NCBI GenBank assembly: GCA_051362555.1 | Contig: CM120641.1 | Location: 12,958,001-13,022,000 of the forward strand | Length of the DNA stretch: 64,000 nt | Direction: 5' to 3' | Source: Lingula anatina | Taxonomy: Eukaryota > Animalia > Brachiopoda | Part shown: positions 39,942-52,381 of the stretch, in pieces | Layout: each line of letters begins with the position of its first letter | How positions within the stretch are numbered: the stretch's first letter is position 1 | Notes under the pieces: generated by a model | Seen by the model: only the letters and a program-made list of their open reading frames with translations | The model's database searches: none | Told to the model about the DNA's origin: nothing | Translations under genes and position numbers: made by a program

Positions 39942-40208
39942 GTAAGGAACACCTTAACCTTAGACACAGATACATTGTACAAATATAATATAAATTTAGC
40001 AGGGCGCCAGGCCTTTTAAAACAAATCAACTCGGATGACAAGGAACAGTTGTTTCATTTTGAAAGTTTGAATATCGGCTAATGTTAGTATTTTTTGCGAA
40101 GTTACTGTCAGTCAGTGACCCTGTATGTTACCTTTGATCTGTACTTAGTAATATTTTATTTATGAGACTTCATATTTCTTCTTTTAATTGCAGCCATCTC
40201 CATTCAAG

Positions 40209-43200
40209 ATGAGACCCGATGAACACAAGAAAAAGAGAAGTAGCCAGTACAAAAAGAGCCATCCCAAAGTTGCTAATAAAAAGAACCATGGTCAAGATGT
40301 GATAACAGGAAATAAAGGCGAAAGAAACCCAAAAATTCAAGCACAACATGGGTCACTACCTGTTGTTGACAAATTGATTGGAGGTGCTGATATACATGTA
40401 GTTGAGGTACACTGAATTTTGTGGTATATAGACTTCATGTGGAATTGCATCACATGCTTGCCACCTCTCGGTTGCCAAGAATTTCTTTACAAATAAATGT
40501 GGAAGTATGTTGTGAAATTTTAGCAAGATTTCAGATAGATCCTCTAATAACATATTTAAAACAGACCATGAGGGAGTCTTTATAAGCAATCTGACACATG
40601 GTTCATCATCACTTTTATAAGAATGATGAAATTAGATCTCAAATTGTACACAAAAAAGCTGGAGAAGTTTGCTTTTGCAGATGTCTGTTATTCGTTTCAG
40701 TACATGGCTTATTTTCTATATAGAGAACTTCTCTTTATGATAAATCAGTAAGAAATTTTCATTACTGTGTTTATTTCAGAACAAACATGAGTACCCTAAG
40801 AGAACAATCCAAAGAAAAATTGAAAGCAGTTGGAATAGCTATGAAATTGAGGAGGATGACCCTGTTAGTGATGGGTTAAGGGGTACAGACTTTCAAATTT
40901 TAATAAGTGCTAATGGTAAGAACACAGGCTTAAAAAAACTGCCGTTGTAATTTGCTAAAGGTTCCCTTCTAGGGAGATTAAAAAATCTTATCCCATGCTT
41001 AAGTGATATTTTTTTCAAATTCTGTCATCCTGATCTCAGTTTTTGCATGACTTATGGCTGTATTCCCAGAGCTTTTAGATCGATCTATCCCCGCGAGGAG
41101 TCTCACTAGATTACTGTCAGATAATCCGGCTTATATGTCCGTCCCGCCTACTACAAGCTGTAAGGGGGTAATTAACTTTTGTGTCTGCCCGGCTGACAGC
41201 TATTTAGCGTGAACCCCCAGGGAGCTAGGTTGATCTAAAGTAGATCGATCTAATCTCTGGAAATGGGGTCTTATGATTTAAAACTGTTTCAAGATGGTTG
41301 ATGGGCAGCAAGGTTTTTCAGGAGGTACCTAGTAAATTTGATTAATTTTTTTTGTGACAGTAATTTATGGCACTTAAAAGTTGAAATATGATCAGAAGTA
41401 GTATTTGTGCTCAGATTAGTTCAACAAGAAGTGGTTTATTTTCTTTACATGTGTTAAAAATCCTATGCTTTGCTGGTTTAATATGCACAGTCAACTCTGC
41501 ATAACTTTTTACCTTTCAACTTTTGTAAAAATTTGTAGAATTTGTAGAATATATTTTAGTATAGTTTCTTTTATGATACATTGCCTAACTTGTAATGTGT
41601 TAGTCCAAATATTGCACAACTTGTTCAGAATTCTTGTGAAATTACTCAGCATAACTTTTACACCCATTTCTCCAAAAATTTTATGGCATGTTCTTAACAG
41701 CAAAAAATCTTCCAGGAAAATCAGTGTCCAGTGAAAGCACATATTAATGTACTTGTGACATGTTTGTGAACAAATGTCCTGTCCACCCCTCAAGGAAACC
41801 AGCCAACACAAGCATCAAGCTTATATTCCTCCCTCCAAACATCCATACATGTTGAGGAATTTTTGTTTGCTTTATAGGCATTATAAAGTTAAATAAAAGG
41901 AAGACTATTTTAAATAATTTTATTCAAGTAAGCATGTTTTTCTGAAATTCCAGATAGTTCAGATTCCCAGTTTCGTTTGAAAGATGAGAAAGACTGGGAA
42001 GAAGAGGAAGGGATAGCGTGCATTGCCATTGACTGTAATAACATAGCAGCTGCTTTACAATGTGTACCACTATATAAGAGACTAAACATTGAAAAGTCAT
42101 TGTTTGAGGTTGGTGATAAGGTTTTAAAGTTAAAGGGATAATAACTCTTTGTATGAGATCTATATTTCACAATAAAAACATTGTGAACAATTCATAGAAA
42201 TATCATACAACAGTTATAGCTATTATTCTGATATCTGAGCTTGTCTTTAGACCACGTGACCTTCATTGATGGCTATACTCTGTTATAATCTCTTAAGAGA
42301 TTATAACAAAAAAAAAAAAAACAAACATTTTAGAAAAAAACCAGGGACTAACTTTGAATGTAAAAATGGATTCATTAACCATTGGTTAGTATGGGAAAAT
42401 TGTTGTTTACTCCAGGAAAATTCATTTTTTGGCCAACCCTTTAAGCTGCCATTTACTTGTGAACTAGAGGTTTTGTGGTTATTCTGCCTTTTTATGTTTA
42501 GCATAATTTCTCTTGTATGTAGAATTTTTTTTGCTTTTTTAATTTTAACTTTGAAAATAAGCAATTTGATGTTGTTAACATTCACATATATGATGCAATT
42601 TTATTGGACTTGCAGGAGGAACAGCTGAAACAAATTGAAGAAAGTGCACGCTTGAATGCTGACTTATACAAACAAGACAATAATTTCAGACCAAGTGTTG
42701 CATCACAGAGGACTGAAATGTTAAATATAAAAGACAATGCTCCAGGTTTAAATTTACAACAAAAAGATAGAATTTATGCTAAAACAACAGCAACAGGAAA
42801 TGATTGTCCCATTCCAGATAACAATACAAAAATCTCAAGTGAAAATCTGGAAGAGGACTTAGATTACTTGTTATCTTTAGATGTGCCAAATAAAACAGAC
42901 CAGACTTTACACAAGGATGGAACAAAGTGTGAAGGTACTGAACCACATTTATTTGTAATGATAATCTGTTACTAATACAAGACTTTGCAGAAAAGTCTTA
43001 TGCACATTTTGCTTGTTTTAATCTTTTGACAAAATTCAGAAAGCTTTACTCACCTCATTAGTCTAGATTAGAATAGACAAGATCATGATGTATGATTAAA
43101 ATAAACCTAATGCTTATTTAGCCAGAAAAAAATTAGCAGAAAAGTCTGTTTTGTAAATGCAATGTTTTATTGGTACATTAAGAGATTTTTTGTCTTTCAC

Positions 43201-43344
43201 ATCTTGACTGTGAAAAGAAGTTAATGGTATATAAATATTTCACATCTTTTGTTTGTACTTTTTTATCTGTTAACAGATTATTTGATCTTATTTACAGATG
43301 GCACAAATTTGGAGGACTGGTTAGACAGCGTACTAGACGATTAG
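40209..43344 (+). CDS. AVEN: Cell death regulator Aven homolog, 284 aa; exons 40209-40406, 40780-40915, 41954-42108, 42616-42934, 43298-43344
   Basis: Aven motifs RKIESSWNSY, RGTDFQILISAN.SSDSQFRLKDEKDW, ALQCVPLYKRLNI, EEDLDYLLSLD and C-terminal LEDWLDSVLDD*. Splice phases are consistent (855 nt). Confidence 0.9.
41056..41270 (+). mobile_element. MITE family A, copy 3 (AVEN intron), 215 bp
   Basis: GGCTGTATTCCCAGAGCTTTTAGATCGATCTA ... TAGATCGATCTAATCTCTGGAAATGGGGTC, flanked by TTAT on both sides. Confidence 0.9.
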
Positions 43345-44131
43345 GCCAGCTGGCACTCACCTCACTCAGAATCAGTAGTGTCTTAAAAGTCAACAGTGGT
43401 GCCAAAAAATCAAACTCTTTATGAATTGAAGAATTGTTAACCTTCAGTCCAATAAGAAATTAGACTTGTTAAGTTTATCAAAACACCAATACTCTAGCTA
43501 AAAACTCCCAAGTGTGTTCTCCGAAACAAACTGTACTGGTTCCTGTCATGCATGGTATATATATAAATCTGTAGAAAAATATATACTGTCTAGGCAATGT
43601 TCCTTTGTAGACTGGAATGCTTAAGGGAAAAATTTAATACAGACACAGCTGACCATGACTTGAACTTTTATTTCAATAAGGCAGGTGGGAAGTTGATGAA
43701 TTTATTGCATCACATTTTACAGATTTTACTGGATTCATGAAAAAAGTTACAAAATTTGTCAGTGATAAAATACCCCTAGGAACTTTCAAAGCAAGCAATT
43801 AAGTGCATAGATATCATCAAATCAGTTGAAATTTGCTTCAACTGCAGTATAATGTATACTTTTATGTAAAATAAATATATCATATCTCTTCTTCTTATTT
43901 GATGTATAAACAAGTGGTAATACATGTATTGTAATATTTTTTTTTGTGAGTGAGTGACAACATCCTCTACAAATAGATTTAATTGAATAACTAACAATCC
44001 AGAATAAATGAAAAAAAAGTTTTAAGACAAACTGCATTTAAAAAGTACAAGTATACAACAGTTACAGATGAAAATGAAGTGGTTTTTGAGAAGGGCTCTA
44101 CCCTCCTCCTTAACGACAAATTTCATGAATT

Positions 44132-44346
44132 ACTAGAAAAGCACTTCGAGAGTGCAGACCTCTGCCAAGGCAGCAATTTTTTATTATTATTGATTGATTA
44201 TTGATCCAGATCACCACCAAAAACTAATCATCTCTTTCTTGGCCCACTATTGACAGTTCCTGAAAATTTTTGAGTTATGTTGATGACAGACAGACAGACA
44301 CATAGAGAAACAGAGGTGAAAACAACCTCCTTGGCGGAGCTAAAAA
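44132..44346 (+). mobile_element. Short Helentron/DINE-1-like non-autonomous element
   Basis: Starts ACTAGAAAAGCAC. Inverted repeat ACCTCTGCCAAGG / CCTTGGCGGAGCT, an internal (GACA)n microsatellite and a terminal small hairpin followed by an A-run. Confidence 0.7.
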
Positions 44347-44494
44347 TGTTCTGACGAGTGAGAATTTCCTCGAATCAAACTATTTTTGAAAGAAAGTTAA
44401 CTATTCTCAGATAAACTTTACTAATGTCATTAAAAATACTAGATGTGACTATTAATCAAAGGGTTTGTATCACCACAAATTCCATAATTATATC

Positions 44495-45127
44495 TCAGGT
44501 CAATATTTCAAAAACAAGTTTTAATATTGCCACAAGAATTGTCCATAACAATGATTCACTTTCTTCCTCATCTGAACCAGGCTTAGCTGTTTCTTTTTTG
44601 GATACGTGCTTTGAATCGGTTTTGTAGTGATCCTTCATACTGTATTTTTCACTAGCTTCTTCCAGATCCCCATATGTGTTATGAGCTGCCACCAATGTGT
44701 CATATGTCACTTCCTCTGGGCCTTCTGGTACTAATACAGATAACCTATACTTAGACAGTTCCTTTAATGGATGCCCAAAGACTCCAATTCCTACAGGCCT
44801 CCGAAATTCCCTGTTGATATGAACTCTGTCTTCTCCGCATGTAATAGAACTTAGAACATTATCCTCATAGTCAGGAGTCAGAGTAGTGTCTGATACATAG
44901 AGATCTGCATCCCCTTCCAGGCTTTCAAGAAGGATTGTCACTGGTGTAGTGGGCCATTGGAGTCTATAAAATGTGAAGTTTCCCCCTCCAACTTCACCCA
45001 CAAATCTGTCTAAAACTTGTTCTCCTTTGATCCTTTCATATTGTAGGATGAGAATACTTAATAACAGTGCTGAGATTGGTTTCTTCTCAGTGATGCTATT
45101 AAATACTTTTAAGAAACTTGCCAACAT
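44495..45127 (-). CDS. C6orf120: UPF0669 protein C6orf120 homolog, 210 aa, single coding exon
   Basis: GEVGGGNFTFYRL, LESLEGDADLYVS, SITCGEDRVHI...FRRPVGIGVFGHP and a hydrophobic C-terminus ESLLWTILVAILKLVFEILT. Acceptor 10 nt upstream of the ATG. Confidence 0.93.
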   Translation of the reverse strand: MLASFLKVFNSITEKKPISALLLSILILQYERIKGEQVLDRFVGEVGGGNFTFYRLQWPTTPVTILLESLEGDADLYVSDTTLTPDYEDNVLSSITCGEDRVHINREFRRPVGIGVFGHPLKELSKYRLSVLVPEGPEEVTYDTLVAAHNTYGDLEEASEKYSMKDHYKTDSKHVSKKETAKPGSDEEESESLLWTILVAILKLVFEILT

Positions 45128-45189
45128 GTTGCAAACTCTGAAAAAATGGAAAAAATACATAATTAATAAATAATATATTCTCAAAAGCA

Positions 45190-45868
45190 ATTTCGCAAGG
45201 AGTTCGAGTATACAATATTACTAATAGCCAGGCGTTTAAAAATTGGCAAACACGATGACCATATCACAAGACAGTCAACAGAACTCGCCATAAATGCGAA
45301 CTAGTTGAAGTTTGGCATTAACTGAATATAACTCACTGAGGCACTTGCAGGAGGGGGTAGAAAGACGTGTAGTTTTTTACTTACTCAAAATCAAGCTTTT
45401 AGGTAAATACACGCGTACAATACTACGAAGTGGGCGCTACAAATTAGAAAGTTACAGGACAGTACATTACTGTACATGTAGAACAATCGAGATAAATTAA
45501 TCGATGTCAAAAAACCATTTGCAATATGGTCTGAGCATTCTTACTATAAATGCCAACAGCTGTGCTTAAATTTTGTTCCCAAACCTAAAGCAATGTCAAA
45601 CGTGTGTGTGTACCTTAAGTGATTTCCATGTATTTGTAGAGCCAAGGGGCCCGAGCCAAGTAGTGTTGGGAGACGAGCAGTGGGAAACGAGGAAATGATA
45701 TCTCCCCTTGCAGCCCCGCACTCATAATTTTATCCAATGAACAGCTAAGAAAATAGCGAGCGCTTAGTAATATAAAACTCATCTTTTGTTTCCGGTGTCT
45801 CAAAATTTAAGATGAAGAGTAACAACAATTTGTACCAAGAAAGCTGTAGTTAATCAACTGCACCAGGA
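45190..45868. promoter_or_regulatory. Probable bidirectional promoter between C6orf120 (-) and STYX (+)
   Basis: The two ATGs are ~740 bp apart, head-to-head, in CpG-retaining sequence. Candidate minus-strand donors at 45384 and 45613. Confidence 0.6.
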
Positions 45869-47228
45869 ATGATGATGGAAACGTCGCCTATGCCATCCTC
45901 TCTTCCAAGTACAGATATGGTGAGCATCATTTACAATTTCAGTTTGGCAAAATTACCCTGAATTGAAACATATATATCACATTTCTCAATAACAATTTTC
46001 AGATTGTTGAATTTTGATTTTGATTTTCGACATTTATCAAAGATCAATTTTGACTAAAACATTAGGATATTTATTTTTGTTTTTTGTTCCTTTTTAGGGG
46101 GGGAGGGGGGTGGTGAGTGAGTTGAATTGGTCTTTTATTTCTTTTGCTGAAAACGTGTATTTTCTTTTGTTATCACCACATGAGCCTTTTTGAAATCTTG
46201 ATTATAATTAACTGATAAGTAAAATTTATTTTGTCTGTTACCAGCCACTGTAACTAATTTTACTGCCTGTATTATCGTTGTTGACATCCTACATATTTGT
46301 TGTTGAAATGCTACATATATCCACGTAGGGCAGGCTTGACTTTTTAGAATATCTGAAATTTCTTAAATCATTCATCTTGAAAATCTTTACTTAAGCCTTA
46401 CGCAGCTCTGATAACTTAAACAAAACCTTAGAAAATCCAAAGTTTTTGTAGAGTCAAAATTTAAAGGGCTTCCATTTTTCTGTTTGTGTGCCTATATGAA
46501 CTTTTCGTTTAACCATTTTCATTTCCAAAATGAAAATGAGAAAAACCAACTGACTTCAGTTTTTCCATTGAAACTAAAATGGAAAAAATGAACATTTTTT
46601 GATTCTCTAATTTCTTCACAGGAGAAAATGACGTATAATTCCAATACATTTCCCCCTCTTGATATTAAAAATCAAAGGATATTTCAATTTACTATAATGT
46701 CTGGAAATCTGTTGTTTTTTGTATTTTTTATATCATAGAAAAAAATGTAAAAAAAAAGAGGATAATATTGTTTATATATTTTTCTTTTTAAATCGAGAAA
46801 TGAAAATAGAGGTTAAATTTTCATTTTATTTTAACAATTTATCAAATGACAAGGAAAAACAGCATTTATTTTTATTTTCTGACAAAATGGAAATCACTTT
46901 GCCCCTTCCCCCCACCTCCCCCAACAAAAAAGTTTGTTCCTTAAATTGTGCTTTTTATTTTAATCTTTCAGAGGGATACAGATGATTGGCAATACCAGAT
47001 GAGATGGCAAATGCAGGTTAGTATGTTTTTCTATCACTAGAGTTGACACTGTGCTTAACAGATTGGAGGGAAAAATAAGGTCAAATTTACGTCCAAAATT
47101 TTTAATAAGGTACAGCTATAAAACCTCTTTCTACTGCCAGAGAGATTTTAAATAATCAATTTTTTTATTTTTGTTATGAAAGAAACTGGCAATAATGATT
47201 TGTATACATTACTGTGCATTTACTCTTG

Positions 47229-47306
<78 letters not shown>

Positions 47307-50300
47307 TTAAGATTTATTTTTTCTCCATTGGTAGTACTAGTGCAGTCAAAGACATGCATGCACACACATGGTCATTTTTTTAGTTTTTAAAAGAAGTGTT
47401 TTTTTTTGGTAATTAAAGATTTATATCAAGATTGATGGTAAATGTGATGCTAACTGCATTAAACAATTCCTTTTTGTTAAAATTATCATGATAACTTTAT
47501 ATGTTTTCAGGAAATTTTACCAGGCCTTTATTTAGGTCCATATGCAGTAGCAAATAAATCTAGAGTAAGTACAGTCAGATTTAAAGCATTTTATCAAACA
47601 GACAAAAATTTGCACTAACTTTCCAAGTCCAAGACTAGTGCTTTTCTAGCTGGGGTGGTGAATCTTTACCCTCTGATATTAAGGGCTTCTAAAATAGTGT
47701 ACAAAATTAAAATATAGGTCCCAGTGGGAACTCACCCAATCAACTTGTTTGCATCCGCTCCTACTCGCCCCTTAAATGGTGGCTCAGCAGCAGAAGATGA
47801 TAATATTGTGGGTTAAGTGTAGTTACTCAGATGGACATTTTGAGGCCATACTTGACTTGCATTTACGAATATAGGCAGGGATGTGCGCTACTAAACACCC
47901 GGGGTGTGAAATCACCCCCACTGACAAATATAAAGGGTACATGTATGTCTGGATAGGAACACACTCAAGTTGATCACCTCAGATCCCACAGAGTCTGATA
48001 CAAAAATTTTGTAACAGGCTACTAGTGGACCTGTGGATAGAGAGTTGAATATCTTACACTTAAGGTGACTGATAGTAAAAGGACCAAAGTCATAGAAACA
48101 AAGCCCTGGGCTTATAAGTTTTTATAAAAAATTAAAACAAACTTCCCAAAAGGCCAATTAAAGACGGGGATTAAGTACAGTGTCCAACGGATGACGCTCT
48201 GGCGCCAATTTGAGGGGGAAAATGCCGTTTTCGGTATTGGGATTTTCTCTATAACCAAGACAGCTATTCAAGTGATTCAAAAGGCCTCATAAAGCTGGGT
48301 GAAAGCACTACAGCGCGGTACCAGGGAATTGTCTTAAACTATTTACTTTTGATTTTATCATCTTTTACGTTAAATCAGCCCATATTTTAATGGGTTATTC
48401 ACTTCAAAAGGCGATAACTTTCAAACAAATAATTTCCTCTTAAACCCCTGATATCATGCTGTAGTCCACATTCCTAACAACAATAGGTGCAACTTTTGTA
48501 ACGATCGGTTGCTCAGATAGTGAGATATACTTGGCAGCGATTCACTTATCTCGTCAATATAGAAAGCTGTTAAAACAGCCAAAAACGTTCACAGGTTGGT
48601 TAACAGGGCTTATTAGTCAAATGCTTAGCTGGCAAATTTACCTGTTATCGGTTATACGATCAGATGGAACCATTGTTTATTGTCATCTAAAAATATTTTG
48701 TTTGGGTGCTTTGAAGGGGCAGAAAATCGTGCTTTTGTTACATTTTCCGACCACTCGTTAGGCATGTAAGCGTGCCGCCATTTTGATTGACAGCTCTGGA
48801 GAGGGCCCTAGCCTAGTGATGCCCCGTAGGGTGTCAAGGATATGTAGAAGGAAGCGCTAACAAAGGCGATTACGTTTAACCGCAATTAAGAGGTGTGAAG
48901 TTACATTTGAACGTTTCAATGGCTCTTTCTCGGCAATCGAGTAATTTTAACTGAGAGATTCCTTCTTTGTTATCGGCAAAGTGATCACATAAAACTGTGT
49001 CGAGAGCAAGTGCCCGTCACTTGTGTTAATACGAGTTTTTTGACGGGTAACGCTGCAGGATTATTTTGCACGACACTTTGTAATCGTCAGATCAACGGAA
49101 AAAGTCCAGTGATTACTTCATAGTGGTATTTCTCAAAATGCCAGCTAAGATAAAGGGGAGACGCTCAGCTGCACAAGAATCAGCGATAAAAGTGGCTGAG
49201 AGAAGGCTTTTGAATAAATATTTTATTTTTACACACATGACACTTAGACCCTATTTGCTTTTTACCTGCTAGTCTTGACTATTCTCGGGGTCTTTTTGTG
49301 ATTTTCATTTTTGGATACATTTTGAACTCTTTCTTCCCGCTTGATCAGTGATTTTGAAATTGTTTTTCTCCAAACATCGCAAAATGCAAAGCCGCTAACA
49401 TGCGTTTTTATTTTTATTGTTTTAATCATGCTGTCAACCCTTGCTTGGATTTCTCTCGTTTGTCCATTCACATCACAATTTTTCGCGTGTCTCTCAAGCT
49501 CCATGATATCATATCTTGGAGAATAAAATTTTATTTTGGCAACATTAGATTTACCTTTTGCAAACGGCGACCAACAATCATTTTCGGTTTCGTAACGTGT
49601 CGCAGATACGCTCGCCGATATATATTGCAAAAATTAGCTAGGCTAAAAGTATCCTTTTTAGCGTTTTTTTTTTTTTTTATTTATCGATTTTTCTTTCATT
49701 TGTCAATTAATTTAGACGATTCGATTAACTCTTTTGTCCATTTATTAGGTATTCAGAAATCAGTCATCCGTATGAACAAATAGGACCGGTTTTCCCCAGC
49801 CGCCACGCATAGGCCCTACTCTCTTTCAAAATTTTCTTTCTTTCCTCAGGAAATGGACTTTTAACACAAACTTTTCTCTTCCCCATAGTGTACTAGCTAG
49901 ACTTCTTCGCTGCTAAGCTGATGTGAGACTTATGACCTATTACGGCACACGTAATCGGCTTATAACTCATTAAATGTGCTCCGACCCCCTCATGGCAACG
50001 GCCCTTAGTAACAGAGGCGTGGCTTGGTTGTCAGCCTGACTGGGGCGCGTGCCGGTTGAAAAACTCATCAAAAGACACATTTTGCGATGCAAATTCATAA
50101 AAATTATTACATCCAACGTTAGATACTTTTTTGATTAATATAAACACACAAAAAACTCAAAAACATGATTTTAAGCTTATTTAACCCTATCACCGGCCTT
50201 AAATATTAGCTAGTATGACAGGAAGTATAAGCTGGTGTTAATGGAAGTATTCTATAACATGCAATGGGAGACTTGGATTTAAATTTAAAATTGATTTTAT

Positions 50301-52381
50301 GTAGAGATGCATTTTGTATAAATTTGTATTTTTTTATTTTTTACTTCTATATAGCTTGCAGTAGTGATTTATAGAGCTATGAGGCAGACAAGTATTCAGA
50401 ATTTTCATGATTAGGTAGAATTTTATTGTTTTTCTGCAATGTAGTCTTCTCATTCATTTTGCAGGATTGAGACACCAAGTTTGTACACGTGGCTTTGAAA
50501 AATGTTGGCATTATTTTACTTTGAACTTTGTGATATTATCAATGCAAAAGGAGTATCGACTTGTACCAATTTATTCTGACAAATAGATGAATTCATCTAA
50601 CTTTGAACTTATTTTAAAAAAGGCCTCAAGATTTCCACAGCTAATGTTGCATAAGGATTAGACAAACTTTTATGTTGTTTTTACATTGAAATATGTTGTC
50701 TGTATTTCAGCTCAACTACCTCAAAGAACATCAGATAACTCATGTTTTATGTATACGGCAGACCATTGAAGGAAAATGTATACGACCCAACTTTCCGGAT
50801 GACTTCAAGTAAGCAGTGTTATATTATTAAAGATGTTAATGATTGGATGTTAAATATGAAAGTAAGTGATTAATTTTTGCATTTATTCTGAGTTGAGTAA
50901 TGTTCAAATTACCTGTTTTACTGTTATTGTAGGTATATGGTGCTTGACATAAGTGATAGTGTGACAGAAAATATTATACAACACATACCGAAGGTAAGAG
51001 AAACTGACTTACTGTTTTATCTACGGAACTTGTGGCCGACCAACCAGCATATCTGTCTGTGTCATTTCAATTGGATGAGAGTAAATTTATTGATAAAATT
51101 TCATTATTGCTATGGAGTATAAATGGTTAAAAAATTTTAAAAAATGGTTTATCTTTGCAGCCCTCAGGCTTCTAGCTGGTTTATAATATCAGCAATCATT
51201 TTGTCCCTCTTTTAAGTTCAAGATAAATGCAAAGGAGGAAAATCATATTTTCTTACAAACAGCTGAGTGGTTGGTTTATATTCATGAAACTCCAGTCAGT
51301 TTCAACTTTGAATTTTAGGTTAATGAATTCCTTGATGAATGTTTAAGTAAGGGTGGCCGTGCTCTTGTCCATGGGAATGCTGGGATATCAAGAAGGTATG
51401 CTTATATATAGCATAGATGCAAATGGGTTTTAAACATTAAAAAATATGTGCAAGCTATTTATATCATAGGTCATAATGAACATAGTTCTGCCATATGGAA
51501 TCACCATTGAGCATAGTAATTACGGTCACGTCTCTTTCTAAAATCTTGATTTCGGCTTGCTGTTATTTAATGAAAATAAAAGAATGAAGTTCTTGAGATA
51601 CAAATGATAATTCATTATCACAGATATATCAAGTGTCTCAAATAACTTGGGTATAAAATAAATAAAAGATATAGAATATGTATCAGCCTGTACATTTTTA
51701 TCATGTTCTTTGTTTCTTTATTCAGTGCTGCATTTGTAGTAGCCTATGTTATGGAAAGATTTGGCTTGTCTTTCAGGTAAGCTTTTGACAAATTTGCTTT
51801 TGAAAATGAAGGAAATCTTACTTATGGAAAATTAAAAATTGAGTTCTTACCATGTAGTACTTTTATTCTTAACACAGAATTAAGACATTTTTGCATAGAT
51901 GTAGATCTCATGAGAAATTTACTGTGTATTTTTACACTTACATAGTTATGATATTATTTAAGGGATGCTTTTCGGCATGTACTGAGCAAGAGGTTCTGCA
52001 TTAGTCTCAATGAAGGATTTATACAACAACTCAAGGTATCATATATTACTTTCTTCATTGCCAAAGTAAGAAAGCTGACAATATATTCTGTTTACTTAAA
52101 CTATTTATAGTAGATATTTGTTTTTAAAATAAATGTTTTATGAGTTTTATTTCCATATAAGCATACTCTTTTTATTTTTGTTCCCATCATATTGTTTATA
52201 ATACATTATGGCTTTTTTCTAGGAATATGAGCCAATCTACAAGGCCCGATTGATCTTCCAGAATGGAGAACCATCTCCATCTTCCATCTCAGGACGGACT
52301 ATGAATAAACGTAAATTTGTAGAGGACAGTGAAATGGACACAGATGATACAGATGACATGTACTCTGCAAGTGGTTCTTGA
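45869..52381 (+). CDS. STYX: STYX pseudophosphatase (serine/threonine/tyrosine-interacting protein), 222 aa; exons 45869-45919, 46972-47016, 47511-47564, 50711-50808, 50933-50993, 51319-51395, 51726-51776, 51963-52035, 52223-52381
   Basis: WQYQMRWQMQEILPGLYLGPY, ITHVLCIRQ and VLDISDSVTENII. The catalytic Cys is replaced by Gly in LVHGNAGISRSAAFV. Also RFCISLNEGFIQQLKEYEPIYKA and C-terminal NKRK. 669 nt open. Confidence 0.94.
48162..50198. mobile_element. ~2-kb CpG-rich insertion in STYX intron 3, probably a TTAA-flanked (Kolobok-like) non-autonomous transposon
   Basis: Abrupt rise in CpG content. TTAA at 48158-48161 and 50199-50202. Weak terminal IR: AGACGGGGAT vs GGCCGGTGAT (7/10). No recognisable transposase ORF. 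Confidence 0.5.

Noticed and set aside
49262-49783. 120-127-aa ORFs in the intronic insertion as a possible transposase
   Set aside because: No DDE, THAP or zinc-finger motifs, and the composition resembles non-coding sequence.
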